NCBI RefSeq assembly: GCF_006345805.1
Contig: NC_043023.1
Coordinates: forward strand, 20,026,001 to 20,090,000
Origin: Octopus sinensis
Lineage: Eukaryota
Direction: 5' to 3'
Length of the DNA stretch: 64,000 bases
Part shown: positions 34,332-47,490 of the stretch, in pieces
Numbering within the stretch: position 1 is the stretch's first letter
Layout of the letters: every line of letters begins with the position of its first letter
The notes under the pieces: generated by a model
Databases searched by the model: none
The model's input: only the letters and a program-made list of their open reading frames with translations
Told to the model about the DNA's origin: nothing
Position numbers and translations under genes: made by a program

Positions 34332-37300
34332 TGTGTGTGTGTCTATGTATATGTGTACACACACACGCACAGACACACCGCTATGCCAGCAAGTTTATGA
34401 ATGAACGGTAATCAACTTGTTTTTATATTGACAGAACCGGGAACTAAACTCCGATGTCCTGATCACCCGGCAACAATCTCTGAAGGCGTTGTCCAGTATT
34501 CTTCACGACCCAGAGTACATTGCCGGCTCTCTTAAGAATGGTAAGACCGTCTCAGAACACAGGAGGTGCTTAACTGAGCTTGTCGTGTCTTTGGTGTTTG
34601 TTTTGTCTTGAAACTGGTGTGAAGAATGAACAAAGAGAGATGGATGGATGATGGATGGACGGATGGATGGATGGATGCATAGATAGAGAGATTGAGAGAC
34701 ACACAAACAGATAGATGGATGGATAGATAGGTAGATAGGTAGGTAGGTAGGTAGGTAGGTTTGGGTGGGCTTGTAGTTAGGTAGGTAGGTAGGTGGGTGG
34801 GTAGGTAAGTGAGTAGGTAGGTAGGTAGGTAGGTGGGGAGGTAGGTAGGTATGTAGGTTGGTAGGTAGATAGGTAGTTAGGTAGGTAGGTGGGTGGGTAG
34901 GTAGGTGGGTGGGTAGGTAGTTAGGTAGGTAGATAGGTAGGTAGGTAGGTAGATGTGTAGGTGGTTATGTAGGTGGGTATGTAGGTGGGTGGGTAGGTAG
35001 GTAGGTGGGTGGGTGGGTAGATAGGTAGGTAGGTGGGTGGGTAGGTAGGTAGGTAGATAGGTAGGTAGGTAGATGGGTGGGTAGGTAGGTAGGTAGATGG
35101 GTGGGTAGGTTGGTAGGTGGGTGGGTAGGTTGGTAGTTAGGTGGGCGGGTAGGTAGTTAGGTGGGTAGATGGGTGGGTAGCTAGGTGGGTAGGTAGGTAG
35201 GTTGATAGGTATGTAGGTAGATGGGTAGGTGTGTAGGTAGTTAGGTGGGTGGGTAGGTAGGTAGATGGGTAGGTAGGTGGGTAGGTAGGTAGGTAGGTTG
35301 ATAGGTAGGTAGGTAGATAGGTAGGTGGGTAGGTAGGTAGGAAGGTAGGTATATACATACGTCCAGGAGTGGCTGTGTGGTAAGTAGCTTGTTTACCAAC
35401 CACATGGTTCTGGGTTCAGTCCCACTGCATGGCACCTTGGGCAAGTGTCTTCTGCTATAGCCCCAGGCCCGCCAATGCCTTGTGAGTGGATTTGGTAGAC
35501 GGAAACTGAAAGAAGCCTGTCATATATATGTATATATATATAAGTGTATATGTGTTTGTGTGTCTGTGTTTGTCCCCCTAGCATTGCTTGACAACCGATG
35601 TTGGTGTGTTTGTGTCCCCGTCACTTAGCGGTTTGGCAAAAGAGACCGATAGAATAAGTACTGGGCTTACAAAGGAATAAGTCCTGGGGTCGATTTGCTC
35701 GACTAAAGGCGGTGCTCCAGCATGGCCGCAGTCAAATGACTGAAACAAGTAAAAGAGTAAAGAGAGAGTATCCATCCACCTACCTACCTATCTATCTATC
35801 TATCTATCTATCTAGAGAGGACAAACAAGGACAGACATAGGTATTAAGTCGATTACATCGCCCCCAGTGCGCAACTGGTACTTAATTTATCGACCCCGAA
35901 AGGATGAAAGGCAAAGTCGACCTCGGCGGAATTTGAACTCACAACGTAACGCAGACGAAATACCTATTTCTTTATTACCCACAAGGGGCTAAACACAGAG
36001 GGGACAAACAAGGACAGACATAGGTATTAAGTCGATTACATCGACCCCAGTGCGTTACTGGTACATAATTTATCGACCCCGGAAGGATGAAAGGCAAAGT
36101 CGACCTCGGTGGAATTTGAACTCAGAACGTAACGGCAGACGAAATACCTATTTCTTTACTACCCACAAGGGGCTAAACACAGAGGGGACAAACAAGGACA
36201 GACATAGGTATTAAGTCGATTACATCGACCCCAGTGCATAACTGGTACATAATTTATCGACCCCGGAAGGATGAAAGGCAAAGTCGACCTCGGCGGAATT
36301 TGAACTCAGAACGTAACGCAGACGAAATACCTATTTCTTTACTACCCACAAGGGGCTAAACACAGAGGGGACAAACAAGGACAGACATAGGTATTAAGTC
36401 GATTACATCGCCCCCAGTGCGCAACTGGTACATAATTTATCGACCCCGAAAGGATGAAAGGCAAAGTCGACCTCGGTGGAATTTGAACTCACAACGTAAC
36501 GCAGACGAAATACCTATTTCTTTATTACCCACAAGGGGCTAAACACAGAGGGGACAAACAAGGACCGAGATAGGTATTAAGTCGATTACATCGACCCCAG
36601 TGCGTAACTGGTACTTAATTTATCGACCCCGAAAGGATGAAAGGCAAAGTCGACCTTGGTGGAATTTGAACTCAGAACGTAACGGCAGACAAAATACCTA
36701 TTTCTTTACTACCCACAAGGGGCTAAACACAGAGGGGACAAACAAGGACAGACATAGGTATTAAGTTGATTACATCGACCCCAGTGCGTAACTGGTACAT
36801 AATTTATCGACCCCGGAAGGATGAAAGGCAAAGTCGACCTCGGCGGAATTTGAACTCACAACGAAACGCAGACGAAATGCCGCTAGGCGTTTCGCCCGGC
36901 GTGCTAACGTTTCTGCCAGCTTGCCGCCTTGTCAAACCATCCAGTCCATGCACGCATGGAAAGCAGACATTAAATCGGGATGACGATGACAGCGATGACG
37001 ACGACGATGTTGATGATGATAGCTGACAGAACCATTATCACTCTGGACAAAATGCTGAGTGGAATTTCTTCCATCTTCACATTCTGAGTTGATGGAATAA
37101 GTATCAGTTAAGCACTGAGGTTGACCTACTTGACATAACCCCTCCCTCAAATTTCAGTTCTTGTGTCTATAGTTAGAAGAATTATTTCAAATCTCTTCTC
37201 TCTCTATATAAACGGCAGTTTGTCTGTGTGTCTGTCAGGTTGTACCCTCACCCTGACCACGGCTTTCAACCGATTCTGATGAAACTTGACACACACATAG

Positions 37301-40300
37301 CCCAATGTCATAATTCAAAACTAATGCAGCGAAAATTTTGAAAAGTCCCCCCAGTTCTGAAAAAGATCGATAAATTCGACATGGGGTCGACAATCAGAAA
37401 CACAAACCACAGACGGTCTAGGGGACGCAACTCGACCTTTTTAACTCTCAAAAAAAAATTTACCATCATTTTTCCCCCCATTTTTTTGCTATTTTTTTGG
37501 GCTATAACTCTCTAAAAATGCTTTATAGTTATTTCCCTTACAAACCCGAGCAACGCCGGGCGATACTGCTAGTATGTGATACAAATCTTTTTCTGCTTCT
37601 TTTTTCTCTCAGGAATTGTCCATTCTTTGAAGACGTTACTGACTGATGAGGATGTAACTGTCAGACAGTTGTGTGTTGAGTGTCTCTTCATCATAGCCTG
37701 TAAGTAATACCAATTATTGACTATCTTTCTAACTAGAAAGGGTATGACCTGGTCAGCCTGTAATGACATGCATAAGATCTGGTCATCAAATCTAAGTAGA
37801 GACTTCAAACTTGAAATCTTCAAAGCCACAGTCGAACCAATTCTAGTATATGGCTCAGAAACCTGGACGTTATCAAAGAAGCTTTAGAGGCGGTTGGATG
37901 GAACTTCATCATCTGAAAAAGATTTTCTAATTATAAAGGGTATGGCCTGGTCAGCTGTAATGACATGCATAAGATCTGGTCATCAAATCTAAGAGAGGAC
38001 TTCAAACTGAAATCTTCAAGCCACAGTCGAACCAATTCTACTCAATGGCTCAGAAACCTGGACGTTATCAAAGAAGCTTGAGAGGCGGTTGGATGGAACT
38101 TATCATCTGAAAAAGATTTTCTAATTATAAAGGGTATGGCCTGGTCAGCCTGTAATGACATGCATAAGGTCTGGTCATCAAATCTAAGTAGAGACTTTCA
38201 AACTTGAAATCTTCTCAAGCCACAGTCGAACCAATTCTAGTATATGGCTCAGAAACCTGGACGTTATCAAAGAAGCTTTAGAGGCGGTTGGATGGAACTT
38301 CATCATCTGAAAAAGATTTTCTAATTATAAAGGGTATGGCCTGGTCAGCCTGTGTAATGACATGCATAAGATCTGGTCATCAAATCTAAGTAGAGACTTC
38401 AAATTGAAATCTTCAAAGCCACAGTCGAACCAATTCTAGTATATGGCTCAGAAACCTGGACGTTATCAAGAAGCTTGAGAGGCGGTTGGATGGAACTTCA
38501 TCATCTGAAAAAGATTTTCTAATTATAAAGGGTATGGCCTGGTCAGCCTGTAATGACATGCATAAGGTCTGGTCATCAAATCTAAGTAGAGACTTCAAAC
38601 TTGAAATCTTCAAAGCCACAGTCGAACCAATTCTACTATATGGCTCAGAAACCTGGACGTTATCAAAGAAGCTTGAGAGGCAGTTGGATGGAACCTACAC
38701 TCGCCTCCTTATGAGAGCTCAAAATCTCTCGTGGAAGCGCCATCCAACCAAAGTACAAATATATGGGAAACTACCACCTGTGTCATCTTTTGTGAAAGGT
38801 AGGAGAGTCCAGTTTGCTGGACATTGTTGTAGAGCTGAAAAAGAGGTAATTTCTAATCTCCTCCTCTGGAAGCCATCTGCTCGCGATACCAGAGTGCGCA
38901 CACTCTCCTACCCTGATGTAATCTCCAGGGATACAGGCATCCAGCAACAGGACCTCCGTAATGCCATGATGGACCGTGAAGTCTGGCGTAGCATGGTAAA
39001 TTCCATTGTCTCAACCACGGTCGAACAATGATGATGATGATTATGTATGTATGTATGTATGTATGTACGTATGTATGTGTGTATGAAATATTCAAAGCCA
39101 CAGTCGAACCAATTCTACTATATGGCTCAGAAACCTGGACGTTATCAAAGAAGCTTGAGAGGCGGTTGGATGGAACCTACACTCGCCTCCTTATGAGAGC
39201 TCAAAATCTCTCATGGAAGCGCCATCCAACCAAAGTACAAATATATGGGAAATTACCACCTGTGTCATCTTTTGTGAAAGGTAGGAGAGTCCAGTTTGCT
39301 GGACATTGTTGTAGAGCTGAAAAAGAGGTAATTTCTACTCTTCTCCTCTGGAAGCCATCTACTCGCAATACCAGAGTGCGCACACTCTCCTACCCTGATG
39401 TAATCTCCAGGGATACAGGCATCCAGCAACAGGACCTCCGTAATGCCATGATGGACCGTGAAGTCTGGCGTAGCATGATAAATTCCATTGTCTCAACCAC
39501 GGTCGAACAATGATGATGATGATTGACTATCAGAGTTTTTTTTGTTAATTTAATTCAGGTGCAGGGATGGCTGTGTGGTAAGATGCTTCCTGTGGCTGAT
39601 TGGGTGGGGTCGAAAGCAATTTTGACCCTATGGACCCAATCAGCCAAAGATCTGGTTTTACCAGATTTCTTAAGAATGGCCGGTTCCAGGTACCCGGTGA
39701 TGGTTGAGGGACGCCCTGCCCAAGTGTCACCTGTGCCTGGAATAGGGTCACATAAAGAAAAACTGTCGTCGGGACCAGGCAAAGGTCCTGGAACAGTTCA
39801 TTAAAGAGGTGTCCCCTGTTTCCCCAGTGGAGGAAAAAGTTGAGGAGGAGGTAACCTCCACAAAAAAAAAGGGGAAGAAGAGAAAGAAGGGGGACAAGAA
39901 TGGTTGCCCACCCATGGATCCTGAGACGGCGGGGGCAAGGGAGGGTTCTCCGAAGATGTCAGAGGAACTCCACTCTCCTGTTGTAAAAGGAAAAAAGAAA
40001 AAGAAAACAAAAATCGTGGCATTGCTGGGGACAGCATGGCCTGAAACCCCTTCAGTGGGATGTGTGCCACCGGAGGGGAGGAAGAAGATGACCTTGCCAG
40101 TGGTGTGTGTGCCACCGACTGAGGGAGTTGAGGCCCCTCCCAGTGAAGGTGGTGAAGAATGTATGTTCTGCTACCTCAGGGGAGGGGGCTATGGACAGTT
40201 ATGTCGAGAACCAAATGGACAGTCGGATCCTGAGGGAACCGAATTGTATTGACAGCCCAGAGTGGCCCTCACAGGTGACTGTTCTGGTGCCTGGAAAGAG

Positions 40301-42635
40301 GACATTGCAATATGATAATTGACTCGTGAGTGTAGTGGGTGTTTTTTATGTGCCAGGAGAGGCTGGCAATGGCCACGATCGGTTGATGCTCTTTACCTGC
40401 CACCGGCACGGGTGCCAGGGGTGTCTAGCAACGGCCACGATTGGTTGGTGCTTTTTACGTGCCACCAGCACAGGTGCCAGGGGGGGCTAGCAACAGCCAC
40501 GATTGGTTGGTGCTTTTTACGTGCCACTGGCACAGGTGCCAGGGGAGGCTGGCAACGTCCACGATCGGTTGGTGTTTTTTACGTGCCACCTGGCACAGGT
40601 GCCAAGGGGACACTAGCAACGCCCACGATCAGTTGGTGTTTTTTACGTGCCACCTAGCACAGGTGCCAGGGGAGGCTGGCAACGGCCACGATCGGTTGGT
40701 GTTTTTTACGTGCCACCTAGCACAGGTGCCAGGGGAGGCTGGCAACGGCCACGATCGGTTGGTATTTTTTACGTGCCACCGGCACAGGTGCAGCGGGGGG
40801 GGGCGCTAGCAATGGCTACGATCAGTTGATGCTTTTTACATGCCACCAGCACAGGTGCCGAGGGGCGCTAGCAACGCCCACGATCACTCGATGCTTTTTA
40901 CGTGCCACCGGCACAGGTGCCAGGGGAGTCTAGCAACGGCCACGATCGGTTGGTGCTTTTTACGTGCCACCAGCACAGGTGCCAGGGGAGTCTAGCAACG
41001 CCCACGATCGGTTGGTGCTTTTCACATGCCACCTGGCACAGGTGCCAGGGGAGGCTGGCAACGGCCACGATCGGTTGGTGCTTTTACGTGCCACCGGCAC
41101 AGGTGCCAGTAGAGGCTGGTAACAGTCACGATTGGTTGGTGTTTTTAACGTGCCAGGGGAGGCTGGCAACGGCCGCGATTGGTTGATGCTCTTTACCTGC
41201 CACCGGCACGGGTGCCAGGGGTGTCTAGCAACGGCCACGATTGGTTGGTGCTTTTTACGTGCCACCAGCACAGGTGCCGGGGGGCTCTAGCAATGGCCAC
41301 GATCGGTTGATGCTTTTTACGTGCCACTGGCACAGGTGCCAGGGGAGGCTGGCAACGTCCACGATCGGTTGGTGTTTTTTACGTGCCACCTGGCACAGGT
41401 GCCAAGGGGACACTAGCAACGCCCACGATCAGTTGGTGTTTTTTACGTGCCACCTAGCACAGGTGCCAGGGGAGGCTGGCAACGGCCGCGATTGGTTGAT
41501 GCTCTTTACCTGCCACCGGCACGGGTGCCAGGGGTGTCTAGCAACGGCCACGATTGGTTGGTGCTTTTTCCGTGCCACCAGCACAGGTGCCGGGGGGCTC
41601 TAGCAACGGCTACAATCGGTTGATGCTTTTTACGTGCCACCGGCACAGGTGCCAGGGGAGGCTAGCAACGGCCACGATTGGTTGATGCTTTTTACGTGCC
41701 ACTGGCACAGGTGCCAGGGGAGGCTGGCAACGGCCACGATTGGTTGGCGTTTTTTACGTGCCAGGGGAGGCTGGCAACGGCCATGATTGGTTGGTGCTTT
41801 TTACCTGCCACCAGCACAGGTGCCAGGGGAGGCTGGCAACGGCCACGATCGGTTGCTGCTTTTTACGTGCCAGGGGAGGCTGGCAACGGCCACGATTGGT
41901 TGCTGCTTTTTACGTGCCACCGGCACAGGTGCCAGGGGACGTCTAGCAACGGCTACAATCGGTTGGTGCTTTTTACATGCCACTGGCACAGGTGCCAGGG
42001 GTCATTAGCTACGTCCACAATCGGTTGGTGTTTTTTACGTGCCACCTGGCACAGGTGCCAGGGGACAAGAGCAGCGGCCTCGATTGGTTGGTGCTTTTTA
42101 CGTGCCACCGGCACAGAAGCCAGTCAAGGTTTGCATGCACATATACACCTACAGACCCAAACGCACACACCCATACAGCTTGTCTTTTCTTACCCTGTAT
42201 CTCTCTGCCGTTCTCTTCCCCACCTCAAGCCTATGCCATCGGAAGGACTGCACTTATTGAACTCGACATGATCAACTCTGTAGCGAAACTGTTTGACGAC
42301 CCCGATGTTGTAGTCCGACTGAAGGCTCACAAAACTGTTGAGATGGTAGCAGAAAGCCCCTTTGGTAAGTATCCCTATAATATTCCTTCATGAATTCAGA
42401 CAGTAAGCTGGTAGAATCCTTATTCTGCTGGGAAAAAATGTTTAACGCTATTTCTTCCAACTTTATGTTCCGGTTTCAAATCTCACAAGGGTCGACTTCT
42501 GCCTTTCATCCTTTTAGGGGTCGATTAAACACAGAGGCTGTTTAATCTACTTGCAGCCCTCCCCACAATTGCTGGCCTTCTGCTTAAATTTAAAATGTAT
42601 TTATCTTCAGGAATGTGTGTGTGTGTATATGTATA

Positions 42636-42678
<43 letters not shown>

Positions 42679-42691
42679 TATTTAACATATA

Positions 42692-42723
<32 letters not shown>

Positions 42724-42942
42724 CACTCTTTACTCTTTTACTCTTTTACTTGTTTCAGTCATTTGACTGCGGCCATGCTGGAGCACCACCTTTAATCGAG
42801 CAACTCGACCCCGGGACTTATTCTTTTGTAAGCCCAGTACTTATTCTATCGGTCTCTTTTGCCGAACCGCTAAGTGACGGGGATGTAAACACACCAGCAT
42901 CGGTTGTCAAGCAATGCTAGGGGGACAAACAGAGACACACAA

Positions 42943-42975
<33 letters not shown>

Positions 42976-45153
42976 CATACATATATACGACGGGCTTCTT
43001 TCTGTTTCCGTCTACCAAATCCACTCACAAGGCTTTGGTCGGCCCGAGGCTATTGTAGAAGACACTTGCCCAAGGTGCCACGCAGTGGGATTGAACCCGG
43101 AACCATGTGGTTGGTAAACAAGCTACTTACCACACAGCCACTACTGCGCCTATATATTTTTTTTTTTTTTTCTTATCTAGTTTCAGCTCACGAGCTGTGG
43201 CCATGCTGGGGCACCGCCATTTATATATATATATATATATATTTATTAAAAAATCTTAGGGTAGCAAAAAATATTTATAGAAAAGTTCTTTGTTACCAGT
43301 GGTCTAGCAAGAAGGAAAAAATTAGTCAATAGACTATATATTATTCATAGAAAGATACAGTGTACATTTAAACACATTAGAGATGACCAATAATAATACA
43401 TCTGACTTACTAGAAAGAGCAGTTAAAACTCCATCCGCTAATAGTTGCAGTTCTGAAAGAGTATGAAAAATAAAAACATTTACCCTATTTTTCCTGGACT
43501 ATGCATAGTTTCTGCAATCTTATATAAATTAAAATAAAATTATTTTAATTTACATCTGGCGTTGCTTCATCAGCAGGATACCAGGGATCAACATATAGAC
43601 ACGAGGCGATAAGTGACATGCCCCGTGTCTATATGTTATAATTTTTCGAATCCTCCGCGCAGGAGTGGCTGTGTGGTAAGTAGCTTGCTAACCAACCACA
43701 TGGTTCCGGGTTCAGTCCCACTGCGTGGCATCTTGGGCAAGTGTCTTCTGCTATAGCCTCAGGCCGACCAATGCCTTGTGAGTGGATTTGGTAGACGGAA
43801 ACTGAAAGAAGCCTGACGTATATATATATATAGGCATAGGAGTGGCTGTGTGGTAAGTAGCTTGCTTAACCAACCACATGGTTCTGAGTTCAGTCCCACT
43901 GCGTGGCATCTTGGGCAAGTGTCTTCTGCTATAGCCTCAGGCCGACCAATGCCTTGTGAGTGGATTTGGTAGACGGAAACTGAAAGAAGCCTGTCGTATA
44001 TATATATATAGGCATAGGAGTGGCTGTGTGGTAAGTAGCTTGCTTAACCAACCACATGGTTCTGGGTTCAGTCCCACTGCGTGGCATCTTGGGCAAGTGT
44101 CTTCTGCTATAGCCTCAGGCCGACCAATGCCTTGTGAGTGGATTTGGTAGACGGAAACTGAAAGAAACCTGTCGTATATATATGTATATATATATATATA
44201 TATATGTGTGTGTTTGTGTGTCTGTCTTTGTCCCCCTAGCATTGCTTGACAACCGATGCTGGTGTGTTTACGTCCCCGTCACTTAGCGGTTCGGCAAAAA
44301 GAGACCGATAGAATAAGTACTGGGCTTACAAAAAGAATAAGTCCCGGGGTCGAGTTGCTCGACTAAAGGCGGTGCTCCAGCATGGCCGCAGTCAAATGAC
44401 TGAAACAAGTAAAAGAGTAAAAGAGTAAGAGTAAATGCAGAACTATCTGGAGTAAATAACTTGCTGATTTTCTTTCATAATTAGCCTATCTTAATTACCC
44501 TATCTTAGGGTAGCAAAAAATATTTATAGAAAAATTCTTTGTTACCAGTGGTCTAACAAAAAGGAAAAATACAGTGTACATTTAAACACATCAAAACCAA
44601 AATCAATTCTATGACTGGCATCCGTGCTAGCGGGGTTCAAAGAGCCCCATACAAGTGTGATCGTTGATAGAGCGGCCAACTGGCTTCCGTGCCAGTGGCA
44701 CATAAAAGGGCACCATTTGAGTATGATCGTTACCAGCGTCGCCTTACTGGCACTTGTGCCTGTGCTAGTAGGGTGCCAATCCGAGTGCGATCGTTGCCAG
44801 AGCAGCCAACTGGCTTCCGTACCCGTGGCACGTAAAAGGGCACCATTCGAGCATGATTGTTACCAGCGTCGCTTCACTGGCACCTGTGCCGGTGGCATGT
44901 GTAAACAGATTTGAGCGAGGTCATTGCCAATACCGCCTGACTGGCCCCCATGCCGGTGGTACGTAAAAAGCACCCACTACACTCACGGAGTGGTTGGCGT
45001 TTGGAAGGGCATCCAGCTGTGGAAACAACAGATCAAGGTTGGAGCCTGGTGCAGCCATCTGGTTTGCCAGCCCTTAGTCAAAATCGTCCAATCCATGCTA
45101 GCATGGAAAGCAGATGTAAACGATGACAATGATGATGATGATTTATATATATA

Positions 45154-45215
<62 letters not shown>

Positions 45216-47456
45216 TATATATAAAAGCACCCACTACACTCGGAGTGGTTGGCATTAGGAAGGGCATCCAGCAACTGTAGAAACTCTGCCAGATCAAGGT
45301 TGGAGCCCGGTGCAGCCATCTGGTTCGCCAGACCTCAGTCAAAATCGTCCAACCCATGCCAGCATGGAAAGCAGACGTTAAACGATGATGATGATGAAGA
45401 GATGACCAATAATAATACATCTGACTCCCACCATCGCTTGACAACTGATGTTGGTGTGTTTATGTCTCCGTAACTTAGCAGTTCAGCAAAAAAACTGATA
45501 GAATAAGTACTACGTTTAAGTCCTGGGGTTGATTTTTTTTCAACTAAATGCAGTGCTCCCGCAAGGTCTCAGTCAAATGACTGAAACAAGTAAAAAAAAG
45601 GGTTATGGGAGAGGATTTCTTGACAATATAGTCACGCCTGAATCTCTCTATATATAAACGGCAGTTTGTCTGTCTGTGTGTCTGTGAGGTTGTACCCTCA
45701 CCCTGACCACGGCTTTCAACCGATTCTGATGAAACTTGACACACACATAGCCCAATGTCATAATTCAAAACTAACGCAGCGAAAATTTTGCAAAGTTCCC
45801 TCAGTTTTGAAAAAAATCGATAAATTCGACATGGGGTCGAGAATCTAAGCTTTTATTTGCAACACATTTTCTGTTGTAGTTTTCACAACTTGCAATCGAT
45901 TTTCACCAAACTCATGGTGAAGCTTAATGTTACCCTAAGAAACTTAATTCTGACGTTAGTTTTCCATGCAACCTACACATGCACCTTCGTTCCCTAGAGG
46001 GAAAGGACTAGATTGGGATTAGTCGTTGCCTACTAGGGGCTCTTACATACCCGGGCAACGCCGGGCTATGCTGCTAGTCCTGTATAAAAAAATTTTGTTT
46101 TTCTGTTGTACTCCAGGAGCTCAGGCTGTGCTGGATGATAAACTGGTCCAAACGTTAGTGGAGAAACTTGCTAAAGAAGAAACAGAAATTGTGGTAAGTT
46201 TTATGGAATTCCCCTTTTTTGTGGAAGGTGTTTATAAGCCATTTAAGAAACGCAAAAACCGTTAGATTCACTTCAAAATTTAAATTTAATTTGTCAAAAT
46301 ATTTTCGTCGCTTTGAGACCGCGACAGGTTCACTGGCAAAATTCCATGCTGCATCTGAGAAAGTAACAGTTAGTTCATGATATATATGTACGTATGTATG
46401 TGTGTGTGTGTATGTATATATGTATGTATGTATGTGTATGTATCATCATCATCATCATCATCATCAACGTTTAACGTCCGTTTTCCATGCTAGCATGGGT
46501 TGGACGGTTCAACTGGGGTCTGGGAAGCCAGGAGGCTGCACCAGGCCCAGTCTGATCTGGCAGTGTTTCTACGGCTGGATGCCCTTCCTAATGCCAACCA
46601 CTCCGAGAGTGTAGTGGGTGATTTTTACGTGCTACCTGCACAGGTGCTAGACGAGGCTGGCAAACGGCCACGATCGGATGGTGCTTTTTACATGCCACCG
46701 GCACGGGGGCCAGACGAGGCTGGCATGTATGTATTTATGTGCCAGCCTCCCCTGGCACCTGTGCCGGTGGCACGTAAAATGCATCCACTACACTCTCGGA
46801 GTGGTTGGCGTTAGGAAGGGTATCCAGCTGTAGAAACACTGCCAGATCAGACTGGGGCCTGGTGCAGCCCCTGGCTTCCTAGACCCTGGTCTAACCGTCC
46901 AACCCGTGCTAGCGCGGAAAAAAGGACGTTAAACGATGATGATGATGATGTATATATGTGTGTGTATGTATGTATATATGTACGTATGTATGTATGTGCC
47001 AGCCTCCCCTGGCACCTGTGCCGGTGGCACGTAAAAAGCACCCATTACACTCACGGAGTGGTTGGCATTAGGAAGGGCATCCAGCTGTAGAAACACTGCC
47101 AGATCAGACTGGAGCCTGGTGCAGCCCCTGGCTTCCTAGACCCCGGTCGAACCCTCCAACCCGTGCTAGCGCGGAAAACGGACGTTAAACGATGATGATG
47201 ATGATGTATATATGTGTGTGTATGTATGTATATATGTACGTATGTATGTGTATGTATGTATGTGCCAGCCTCCCCTGGCACCTGTGCCGGTGGCACGTAA
47301 AAAGCACCCATTACACTCACGGAGTGGTTGGCGTTAGGAAGGGCATCCAGCTGTAGAAACACTGCCACATCAGACTGGAGCCTGGTGCAGCCTCCTGGCT
47401 TCCAGATTCCGGTCAAACCGTCCAACCCATGCTAGCACAGAAAACGGACGTTAAAC

Positions 47457-47490
<34 letters not shown>

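Noticed and set aside
37277-37345. CTGATGA...GAAA inside Helitron-like elements as a hammerhead
   Set aside because: No stem II closure or stem I pairing can be drawn.
39809-40252. 147-aa K/E-rich ORF as a nested gene
   Set aside because: It lies directly after a disrupted zinc knuckle and lacks splice or promoter support; treated as a retroelement relic.
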